A stretch of DNA of 46,304 nt, taken from Perkinsus olseni (taxonomy: Eukaryota). This document shows positions 1 to 10,176 of this stretch, in pieces (within the stretch, counting starts at the first letter, position 1; every line of letters starts with the position of its first letter). The DNA lies in NCBI GenBank assembly GCA_013115125.1, contig JABANN010000260.1, forward strand, positions 1 to 46,304, in the 5' to 3' direction. The position numbers were made by a program, and so were the translations under genes. Below the pieces are notes generated by a model. That model searched no databases, had not been told where the DNA came from, and saw only the letters and a list, made by a program, of their open reading frames with translations.

Positions 1-339
1 CGGTTGTGACGGTCACAGACAAGTAAGGAGCGCTCGCCCACCTCGATCTCCCTCAGGGGGTGATCGACACAGCCTATCTGGTTGGGAATGGGCGATGTCC
101 CCCTTCCCGGAGAGGATTCACACCAATGGTCCATTGGTCCATTGGAAATGGATGTCTTCGAAACGCGACTCACGGGGACCATGAGGCCGAATGACAACGT
201 GTCGATATCAAGTGTAGCGCATAGCACGCAGGCGCACAGCTCGGGAATTTGCGCTCTTCATCAAACTCTCTGAAAATGCGTGAACCATAGGAGCGGACTG
301 AGGGCAGGACTTGAAACGATGGATTGCAGAGTAGAAGAG

Positions 340-2900
340 AGAATGTTCAGAGGGAAGATGCGCATCCTGGAGACAGCGCCAGGTGCGGGAAGATCCACCC
401 CACTGTGTTTCCGTGGCCAGTTCCACGTATAAGTTGACTTGTCAAGCATGTACGCGAGGTGTCCGGGGATGAGTATTTCACACATGTCACCAGAAGACCA
501 CAGAACGCAAAGCCAGGGAGAATGTTAGTCCGAAGCTGACGGCGAATTGACTCAAATCGTGATAGTTCATGTTGATGGATCATACTCAGCTCCCAGCTGG
601 TGCCAAAATCTCGGAGTCTTGCCGGTTCTGTGCCACCTGGGAAGAGGTCAATGAGCTGAGTATAACTACTCGACCTCACCTTATTAGCCGCATAAATGGC
701 CTCCACCATACCCGGGTCTGGGACTTGCTCATTTTGCAGGTATCTACCGTGGATGGACATTCTCTTGACCATATAATAGCATGAATGGTTCGAGTACTTC
801 ACAGCAGCTGCGACTATCTCTGCTCTCTGGATCTCATCACTCCACAGCAGGCTGATGGCTGTTTGCAGTTCCAGCACACCCTGCTGAACTCTTCCTCGCT
901 CACAAAGAGCGCACCCGTAGAGCCAGTGGCCTGGACCTGTCGGTCAATACCACCGCGCTCTCCGGCCCTGGCGCGCCGTGTTTACCACTAGCCTCGAGTT
1001 CCAGCGCCCGACAGGCTGCCACTTCTGCTAAGGACGGCATACCCCTGGATAGCCAGGCGAAGCCTACTTCCGTCAGTAACTGTACCTAATGGGGGAGAGC
1101 ATCCCGTAGTCGTACACAGTAGTAGCCTAACATTGACAGGGTCATTGAGCATATAGAGATCGAAGCATTTACGAGGCTGTTGCAGGGTCTCTCCGGATGG
1201 CCCACCACGCAGTAGTACCTGCCAAGCCAGTAACAAGGTTAAAGATACTACCGCGTGAATTGGTAGCAGTACCAAAGACATGAGACCCCAGCAATCAGCA
1301 TGCAGCATGACATGCCCGCTTGCCGGTTCTCCCGATTCGCTAGGTAGTCGAGATGTACCAGCCAGAGTCAGAGCCATCGAAATAGCTTTCTTAGCCTGAT
1401 TGCCCGAACTAGGAAAGAGTAGAGAAGTGCGCGGCACCTGGTCCCATTCTTCTTGATGGATGTAGGTGGTTGCTACATAAATCCAAGCTGTCGCTGTTGG
1501 CTGTGCCTCGAGAACCTTACCCTCAGTATACGTGTAGTAGTAGGAAGGCTCGATGTACATCATGTTGAGTTATCATGAGGAACTCTCGAGCTTGAGTCCA
1601 CTTCTTTTTCTTGAGCAACAAGTCAGCATAGCGTAGGATAGCCAGTAACCGTAGAGACCAGCGCGACTCTATCAATAAACGGACCGAGCACTTCAATCGA
1701 CGAGGTGCTCTCTACCCGTAGTGCACTCTCTTTGCAGACCCGGAGGTGTTGCCTTCGTGAGAACTTCGGCGATTCTGTCGTTGCGGGCTCCGGTACGACA
1801 GAGGCACTCTCCCAGTAGAGCCCATGAGGAGGTTCCTGGAAGTGCTACTGTAGCCAGTGACCATTATGTATATTCGTACGGTGCGGTTCGGTGGCTACAA
1901 TCCTCTCAAGGACCTCTATTGCTTCGTCCCAGTGCCCTTGATGGGCGAGGCTCACCGCTACCAAATGGTGGAACTCACACCACTGTCTGAAGACTTGGCT
2001 TAGGAATGAGGTGCTACCTAAGATGATGGACTCGGTGATCGCGGAAGTGAATGTCAGCTTGATGTACCGATCTCCTTTCTAACCTGGCGCACCGCCAACC
2101 CGACAAGATTGGCAAAATCGTAGAGGCTATGGTCAACGACCAGTTCTTCGAGAAGAGTCAGTGTAGTATGGTCCGGTGGAGCTAGATATAGCTCGGCAGT
2201 CGGGACTGACCCATGAGGAGCGAGGGAGTGGCGATGAGCCCGTTGGCTAAGTTGAACCACCTGGTGGCAAGAGGTTGTGGTACAGTCCGAGGCGGGCTTT
2301 GGTTGAATCTATCCTCTCCTCGGTATGAGCAGATCTCGGGGAGTCGTCGGCGTCAGCCACATCTCCCGTGACTAGCCCCTGCCCTCCGTCTTCCCCGGAC
2401 CCCCCATGAGGACCTTGATGATGTTCTGCCCCATCATAGAGCCTGTTTTGCATGGACAACAACAACAACTCGAGAATGAATAAGCCGGACCTCAGTTTAT
2501 CAAAGATCTGCTGCTCCGTTTTGAGTCCTCGAAAAAACGTCTTGTCTCGCGTTGCCAGACCAAGGTATCGACAGCAACCATCAACATCTCCCTGCAGAAC
2601 TAACGGATCTCATCAGTGTCAATGATGAGAACCTACCTGGCCATGCAGGTTGACAGCCTTGACAAGGTTCACTAACGGATCTGTCATACCTTCTGTGTCA
2701 TGTAACTGAGCTTTTACACTCACAAGCGACTGTACTGAGCCTCATGAACACCCTATCGAGGATGCCACTAGCCTCTTCGTATCGACCTCTGCATATTAAT
2801 GTGCAGCCAAGGTAGCAGAGAGCCTGCTAGTGTGATGTAAGATGGTTCCGCCGGAGATGGCAACACCGTACCTCTCGACTGTACCCCAGCATGACAGCCT
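340..2900 (-). mobile_element. Decayed LTR retrotransposon pol remnant A (RT tail - RNase H - integrase; Ty3/gypsy or BEL/Pao domain order)
   Basis: Minus-strand fragments interrupted by stops and frameshifts: RT C-terminal-like 'CRYLG' (~2559-2573), RNase H end 'RNDRIAEVLTK' (~1755-1790), integrase core 'LHADCWG' and 'TVTDGS' in ORF 988-1563, and 'ALCERGRV...W...AVKYSN' continuing into ORF 347-877. Confidence 0.65.
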
Positions 2901-2914
2901 CCCTCAAGGCATGT

Positions 2915-3470
2915 TCAGCAGCTGCTTCCATCTGCTGGGGACATCTCCGTAAAAAGGCCGAGTATCTCATCCATGCTGTCCGTCTGTGCTCTACCAATGG
3001 ACTCACTGTGAGCCGGGCGTGAAAAGATGGAGTACCTCTGAAGGTCTCTTCGTCTGCAGCGAGTTGTCGAGGCTTGATTACGATCTGCCGTTTGTATTCC
3101 CAGGCTGCTGATGTATAACTGAGTGATCGCGTCTATACGCCGCCCTTTGTTCGAGGTGACTACTTCCGATAAACAAACTCGGCTTCCCAAGCTAGCCGCA
3201 TTGACTTTGTCAGAGTATCCTCGGTCGTTATTGGAGTGCTTCCGGGGGTATCTGGTGTTCTCAGGACCGAAGATACGTGGCTAGAGAGTATGGAAAAAGC
3301 CTCTGCCTTCAACTCCGATACGGCCTTCTGAGGGAAGGTCAGCAGCAGTAGCAGAGCCGCTCAACAGAGCCGATGAACCCCACATCGTTCATCGAGTGGT
3401 AGTAGCAAGGTCCCTTCTCGATCATATCAGCAAGGACCCTGTAATGATAGGGTTATTCAACGAGTATGGA
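2915..3470 (-). mobile_element. Second decayed retroelement integrase (Zn-finger remnant plus rve core)
   Basis: 'CYYHSMNDVGFIGSVERLCYCC' (resembles YWPxMxxDVxxxVxxCxxC), 'IFGP', then ORF 2915-3190 'VVTSNKG...LGIQ...PAHSESIGRAQ', which follows the rve pattern SDNG...LGI...PQSNGxxER. Frameshifted. Confidence 0.6.
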
Positions 3471-4049
3471 GGGGTAGTAGGGCGGACCTTATAACTGCTG
3501 GCCTAAGTGTGTCCTCCTTCAACGTCATGATCGCCCTACACTTGTCCTCATCCGCTGCGAATGACCGATTCGAATGTCGATACGATAATATCACCAGACC
3601 TACGCGGTTGCTCAAGAGCCCTGATGATTTGCTCCACGGCAGCTCGGAAAGATTCTACTGAGGCCGTGCGCTTTACGCGTGTGGTATCCGGCGCCGGCAC
3701 CTGAGCTAGCTCCTTCAACGGGACGAGTATCTCTCCGGTACCCTACTGCTGCTTCCAAGGCTGGGGCTACGGGCACGATAGGCGGGTCTACGGTTATCGT
3801 GACGCGCACAGTGTCAGTCGTAGTAGAGCCATCACTCGCGCCTTGCTCAGAGTGCGATGATGTCAGTAGTGGGAACGACACTGATGCCTGCCACGGCGAT
3901 GAGCAGTCGACAGCAAACCTCGACCGAAACTGACACTCGAGTGCTTGTAGCTCTCGCGTTCCGAGTTGAGGAGCTGCCTGGTATCAACATGTACAGTACG
4001 GGTGCATCTTGTCACAACAGGACACACAGAGTGTCGTCTGCAGTGCCTT

Positions 4050-4440
4050 GCAGGAGCATAGCTACTTCGATGCTATCGCCTCCACATGCTGCGCCAACTC
4101 CTCGATCTCCGTGGAACCCTTCTTTCCTGGTATATCATCACTGGTTACTAATGCTGATTCTTGGATTTACCAGTAGCAGCCTCTACTTCCTCCCGGAATT
4201 CCTCTGTCATCATGAGCTCGATCTCGACGGGGAGGAAGCCGAGCTGGTCGATGTTGTGCAGCAGTTTCTTGCCTGCGCGAGGAGGTCGCCGCTCAATTCA
4301 TAGACTGTCATCGACGACGATACTACGGAAGGCCAGATCCTTGAAAATATGCTGAGTGGCGTCCTGCCAAACGAGTTCATAGTATCTAAAGTCACACCAA
4401 TCCCGCATACACCTACTATTATCTCACATCGGTAGGGGCC
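4050..4440 (-). mobile_element. Third retroelement fragment: integrase C-terminal part
   Basis: 'NSR...YELV/FGRTP' across a 1-nt frameshift (~4355-4420), followed by 'PVMIYQERRVPRRSRSW', which resembles the region preceding the GPY/F module. Confidence 0.45.
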
Positions 4441-6129
4441 TCTCCTCTGCTTCCTCTATCTCCTTCGAGCTCTCCCCACCATCATCATCATCGCTATCAC
4501 TGTCCGCTACCACTTCCTCATGATTCTCGACTATACTGCCTTCAAAGATTGTGCCCAGCACGCCGACAGTGATCTTCACCTTCTCTCTTACTGACTGAAC
4601 AGAGGGATCACGCCTATAATCAGCCAGTCATACCGTACGGGAAGGCCAGTGCTCTCTGACACTATAATATTCCCAACGGCAATAGTCACTCGGGTTTCCC
4701 CCTTTCGGAGAGGCGGCAAGGCTGGCGTAGTCTTGTCTGAGATACTTCCGTCGTGCAACTCGGACCGTCGTCAGTACGACGCCCTACCCTCAACGGAGCA
4801 GGTATCGGTAACATCGTGTAGGTTAGCGTCATCGATGGTAGGGTTAGCAGCGTCAGCAACAGGTGCAGTAGCCATAGTCTCATGAACTGCCATGTACACT
4901 TACTCACAACACGAATGTACGATATGAGTCCGTCACGCCGTCGCAGTCTCAGGGTACAACAACAACTCTTCTAAAGAGGCACAGAAAAGCAGACTTGAGT
5001 ATACCGCTTGACTTATAAAAAGAATGATTCGATGATGATGAATGGATGCTGTTGTTGATGATGATGCAATGATATACTAGTCCTTCTTCTGTGGGTCGGC
5101 TCCCTGGGTGCTGCTGTCCTCTTGACGCCTAGCAGTGGTGGAGGGCTCAGCGTCCGAGTCATCCCCATCGACCCCGCTGGTGCCCATGGATTGGAACCAT
5201 ATCGCTGCCGAGGATGCGCCCTGAGGAGTTAAAGCCGCATCACGAGAGAGCGTGAAGGTTGGGCCCAGAGCGTCCTTACCTTAGCCGCAGAGCTCATCCA
5301 AGAGTACGCACTCTCCCTTGCCTGCTGGAAGGTCGGAGACCACTCCTCCTTCATCTCTGCCGCTCTTGCCTTAGCTGTATCTAACACGATGAGGGATCTA
5401 CACACGTTACCTGCCTTTCATTCTCACCAGCTGCCTGCGCTGCCTGCTGCCCTAGATCACTCTGCTGTAACTGTTCTAGGTTCTGGGTGGCACCTGATGG
5501 GCAAGCTCAGTGTGGTCAGGAGATTGCGACCCAGTGGCTACTTGTCCGTAGATTATTGTAGGTCTCCGAGTCCTGCACCTGCTGGATATTCTCGGACCCC
5601 ATCTCCTTAGCCTGACAGATGTGATGGCATAGAGTGCGGTAGGTGCGAGGGGCGCCTTGCCTTGTTGAAAGCAGCATACAACAAATCTCCGGCTTGGTGC
5701 AAACCGGAGTTGATCTTGTCAACGGGTATCGCCTCTGACACCACGCATGATGATTATCCATCAACTTCAGACTCGACCATCCGTTGCCCATTACCGGTGA
5801 ACTGCGTGTACAGATCAGGACCATCATCGTCCTCGCCATCCTGTGAATCTACGTCGTTAACAGCGGGAGCAGCCGGTTCCTGCCGTCCTCGTGGCGCCTG
5901 GGGTTGTATCACTAAGATAGCTTTCGATGAGATGGCGTACCATCACCTCGTTCGATGATGATCCCGGCTTGTTGACCATGTCAGCGAAAGTGGTATCATC
6001 GTCATCAAGAAAGCCTCCAAGATCTTTGTTGATATCAGCTTCACCCGGGCGGCGAGTAGAAGCGGGTTCCGGACTGAGCACGATCGTGTTCCGATACCGA
6101 CAGGCCAACGCCTGATGGTCACCTAAGAC

Positions 6130-6930
6130 GTCCAGTTGGTCCCGAGCGATCCTTCTGACCGGTAGTGCTGGGTAGGGATTCCTGATTCATGCTTAGAATC
6201 AAAAAGTAGCTCTAAGCACTCCTCTACCATGGACAAACCGTTGAACTCCAACACAACAACACAGATGAGTGTCTTACACGATTGCCACGAGTCATGGCCC
6301 ATTAGAAAGTGCTGATTGGGATCCCTACCTTCGAGAGAAGGAAAAGCCTCTTCAATAAGGAGATCAAGATCCCAGCACTTGAGCTTTCTACCCGCGTGAA
6401 GCCGAGCTACGAACGATACGGGCTTACGTTATACCTGCGATATTGACATCATTGTGCAGAGTAAAAGCGTCTGAAGGTTATGAGGCTGACGCTCCCACCT
6501 GGATCTAACAGTATACCGTTCGCCTGAGCCACGGCCATCGATGGAGACGGCGGCGAGTGGTCCACCTTTCCCATATTACAAGTCCAGAGTACTGTGACGT
6601 AGTATCAAGCAGAATACTGTATGTTTACCAACGTAAGTAGTTGCCTCAAGGAATCCTACGAAAAGGATTGACCAACAAGTTCACGCTGTGATTGAACAAC
6701 TTGCTTCGCCTTAAACGGTATCTCGGAAAAGATGCGGTTCCCAAATTGGGAGCAGGAATCCACGGCAATATTCAGCCTAGCAGAAACCTTCCTGTGAAGC
6801 TGCCTCAGCTCCACACTATGACGTTGGATGGCCGGTGACCGGGCACGCTGACCGTCATACCAGGGATCGCCTTCAGCCGCTTAGGGTTGGACATGGCTCG
6901 TGTCACATGAGCATCGCCACGCAGCAGCAC
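6130..6930 (-). pseudogene. Decayed gag zinc-knuckle region and retropepsin (aspartic protease) of an LTR element
   Basis: 'ILLDPGGSVSLI' (6479-6514; cf. LLDTGAxxSLI) and 'HFLMGHD' (6291-6311; cf. ILGRD), with stops and a frameshift between them. Upstream 'GDAHVTRA...PGHRPS' resembles eroded CCHC knuckles. Confidence 0.6.
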
Positions 6931-7137
6931 GAAGATCTCTAACCGACTTGAAATGTTTATTCGTATCAGTGTCGTTGAGATGGGATGGATCAGCGTGGGA
7001 AGTCCGCATCTATCATGCGCACCCACTACGTAAAGCCTGCAAGCTGCGAGCACTTCAATCCCTACTTATTATTATATTCCACGCGGGAGTCTTGGATATT
7101 CCGTGCAACCTGTCAATTACAAACATCGTATACTCGG

Positions 7138-7363
7138 GGGTGAAGTACAAAATCCAAGGAAGCGCGTGCGACAGGCGGGCAAAGGCGACAGAGAAAAAGC
7201 CCGACTTGTGGGTGAAGGCAGAAACAAGAAAGCAGAAACCCCTCCCGAAAACCGACAGGGCGGCCCGATCCCGAAACTGTTACCCAGGGCAACCAAAAAC
7301 CCGAGCTGTTGCCCAGGTAAACCAGATCCCCGAACACGCTTCCTTGGATTTTGTACCTCTCCC
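7138..7363. mobile_element. MITE-like non-coding element with ~27-bp terminal inverted repeats
   Basis: GTACAAAATCCAAGGAAGCG (7145-7164) is the exact reverse complement of 7337-7356. The match extends to GGG...CCC ends (7138/7363) with 2 mismatches. No convincing coding capacity and no clear target-site duplication. Confidence 0.6.
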
Positions 7364-7932
7364 TTAGGAATTACCCTACACTCGGAAAAAATGGTGTAAT
7401 CGATCGCCATGGCGCGCGATAACTGCTTTCTGCGCCGAATCTTCAACCCGAGCCGCCTCGTCAGTGTGATGTGTAGTAGGAGTAGTTCGCTAACCTGAAG
7501 TGGATGGCATGTGTCACAGTAATGTGGCTTTTGCTAGGATCGGGGAACGTGAGAGTCGGGCGATTGCATGGGCTCATTCAACTATGGTTAGACCTTGCCT
7601 TTTCGAAGTATCTTAGCCGTTTCAAAAGTCAGCACCATCAGGATTCCAACAGAGATGCGGTCTAGGGCAGTAGCGTTGAGGGGGACGCACCCTTGGAAGG
7701 GAGGACTTCCCACACCCGAGCAGGCTCATGCAGTGGTCATGAGCTATGATCCTGCAGCCCGTGGTGGAAGACTAGAGGGGCTACTGCTGTCGTTGTGATT
7801 ATAGTTAAGCCGGTTGAGATCGCAGCAAGCGTCTTAGTTTGTATAATTGACTATTTCGGTCACGCTCTCCTCCTCCTGTTCCTACTACTACTACCACTAC
7901 GAAGGTCATCGTCACTATCATAAGCAGCTACT

Positions 7933-9819
7933 ATGTTCGGTGAAGCAGTTGTAGAAGAAGGCTCATTTCAGCCAACCAAGACACGGAAACAGAAGCTGTT
8001 GGATAAGCGGAAGCGGCAGATGAGAGCGGAGGCAGCCGTAGCTGCCACGGCAGCTGCTGTCTCTGCAAAGGCTTCCCAAGACAGTGTCCTCAAGCCACAA
8101 GAGAAGGAGCACGAGCGCTCTGCCAAGCTGCCTGCATCATCGGTGAAGGCCGCTGCTGACTCCGCTCATGATGCGGCCTCTTCTGCTACATCAAGTCAGG
8201 ATAATACTCCTAAGGGCACGAGCAGGCCCACTACCTCGGATAATGGTCGTCCACAGAAGGCGGTTCCCAAGTCAGTGACACCCCCTACCGCGGCCCCTTC
8301 CCCTACTGCTCCTCCCGTCTCTGGCCCGTCACGTAAAGTGGTGGTTCCTACTCCGTGTGTTGTTGGAGTTGGTCATGGTACTAAGTCTACTGGTAAGGTG
8401 GTGTATGGTACACCCTCTACTCCCCCTAGGGTTCATCGAGCTAAGCCCACGCCACCAGTGGGTGAGATCTGGCCCAATGTCTGGGATAATGCGAGGATTG
8501 CTCCTTCGTATTACCGTGTACCAGAAAAGCACATCTCACCTGTCACTACTAGAGAGGCCGAGACACCTACTACCGGTAAGGACGTTGATGACGCAGAGAA
8601 GATACACGAGGTGTCCGAGAGCCCGAAGTTCAAGACTGCTCCTACTGCTGCCATCGCCAAGGAGAGAGACGTCGCTGCTGCTGATGCACGTAGCCCACCA
8701 GACTCAGACCAACAGCAGACTGTAGATGCTGGGCTCGCTGCTGTTCCGGCCGAGGAGAGGGTTGCAGAGGGGAAGGCTTCACCATCGCCCGCTGTTCCGC
8801 TGTCGCTACCGCCCAGCATGCCGCCCCCGCCGCCACCAAGAGTGGCTCCTGGTAAGGTCTCGACTGTTCAAGCCGGTACTAGTCCTATGTATGATAGTGA
8901 ATGGGCGAAGCCTACACTGGTCAATGCCTATGTACAGACTGAGCCCTCTACTGTCAATCACAGAACCATAGACACACAGACGGATCGCGTCCCTACTGTG
9001 GAGTCCAGCACAGACACTCCTCCTACTCCATTTATCCCTCCCCACCAGCCCGGTCTTACGTCGTCCCTCAACCCCTTCGGTGCTGGGGCGCTCTCGATGG
9101 AAGGCCTATCATCGTTATTGCCTGACTTCCCTACTGTTGCTGGTCCTCCTCCTGGGCTCTCTGGTCGAGCTGATACTGCCTTCCCTCCGAGTATGGCGGC
9201 CCAAGCAAGTGGTTCCTTGACTACTCCCCCAGCTGCTGCTGCAGCAGCAGCGGCTGGTGGTGCAGGCGGTGCTGGAGGTATGGGCTACTACGACCCCATG
9301 AGAGTTTACAGCACGATGATGTCGTTACAACAACAGCAGCATCAGCAGATCCAGCAGCCTACGGTCTCAAGTGTCACTCCACAGCAACAGGCTAATCCGG
9401 CAGCTGCGTTCTGGGCGGCAGCAAACGCCTCGTCAACTACGCCTCCATCTTCTGCTACTCTCATTGGTGGCCCACCTTCTGCTGGCCCTAATGCTATGCA
9501 CCATGAACAGCAGCAGCAGCATCAGATGCTACTTGGTGATGTCGGTATACCACAACAACAGCAGTCCATCCCAAGTGGTGGGTCGGCCGGTACCTCCACT
9601 CACGCTTATCGTGGGCAGCAGCAGCAGAGCCGTTATGATACTACCAATAGAAGCAGTAACAACCGCAGTGGTGGTGGGTATCAGCAATACGGTCAAGGCC
9701 CGGCACCAGCCCAGCGCGATTCCAGCTATACTCGCGAGCATTATCATCGTAGTAGTAGACAAGGTGGTGGTGGACAGTACAGAGGAGATGTTAGCGGCCA
9801 CACACAGAGGAGATACTAG
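7933..9819 (+). CDS. Intronless 628-aa low-complexity (Pro/Ser/Thr, Gln-rich, Gly/Tyr/Arg tail) hypothetical protein
   Basis: 1887-bp uninterrupted ORF with ATG start; basic N-terminus (KTRKQKLLDKRKR), polyPro, polyQ and a YRG/GGG-rich C-terminus; no globular domain recognised. Confidence 0.85.
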   Translation: MFGEAVVEEGSFQPTKTRKQKLLDKRKRQMRAEAAVAATAAAVSAKASQDSVLKPQEKEHERSAKLPASSVKAAADSAHDAASSATSSQDNTPKGTSRPTTSDNGRPQKAVPKSVTPPTAAPSPTAPPVSGPSRKVVVPTPCVVGVGHGTKSTGKVVYGTPSTPPRVHRAKPTPPVGEIWPNVWDNARIAPSYYRVPEKHISPVTTREAETPTTGKDVDDAEKIHEVSESPKFKTAPTAAIAKERDVAAADARSPPDSDQQQTVDAGLAAVPAEERVAEGKASPSPAVPLSLPPSMPPPPPPRVAPGKVSTVQAGTSPMYDSEWAKPTLVNAYVQTEPSTVNHRTIDTQTDRVPTVESSTDTPPTPFIPPHQPGLTSSLNPFGAGALSMEGLSSLLPDFPTVAGPPPGLSGRADTAFPPSMAAQASGSLTTPPAAAAAAAAGGAGGAGGMGYYDPMRVYSTMMSLQQQQHQQIQQPTVSSVTPQQQANPAAAFWAAANASSTTPPSSATLIGGPPSAGPNAMHHEQQQQHQMLLGDVGIPQQQQSIPSGGSAGTSTHAYRGQQQQSRYDTTNRSSNNRSGGGYQQYGQGPAPAQRDSSYTREHYHRSSRQGGGGQYRGDVSGHTQRRY

Positions 9820-10176
9820 CGTATCGAGAAGACTAGGGCGAATCCGTGATTGAGCTGTAAGACCTCATCATTAAGTACCATTCTTGAACCATTATCATCA
9901 TAACAATGAGCAGACATTATCGTATTCTCTGTATTGGTACTACTCCCACTACCTTGGCTACTGCTGCTACTACTACTAGTGATCATCTTGCTGATGCTTA
10001 GTAGCCTTCATTGTGGATTACTCGTTGTAATCGTAGTACTAGTCATAGTGGCAGTTGAGAGGCAGCTGTCACCATCACCGCCACCACCATCCTTACTACA
10101 ATGGAAAATGCTTTATTACTTTCGATTGCTTTAATATTCCGCTCGCTGTTGTTCACGCTGTCCTTACCGGCTACCC

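Noticed and set aside
6900-7446. Overlapping ORFs on both strands sharing 'GEVQNPRKRVR'
   Set aside because: The shared peptide is a by-product of the DNA inverted repeat, not evidence of coding.
8329-9853. Multiple antisense and alternate-frame ORFs over the 628-aa gene (similar shadows occur over other genes)
   Set aside because: Shadow ORFs of low-complexity coding sequence with no independent support.
9934-10134. Hydrophobic 66-aa ORF (poly-Leu/Val)
   Set aside because: Non-ATG start, and it arises from CTA/CTG/GTA simple repeats typical of UTR and intergenic DNA here.
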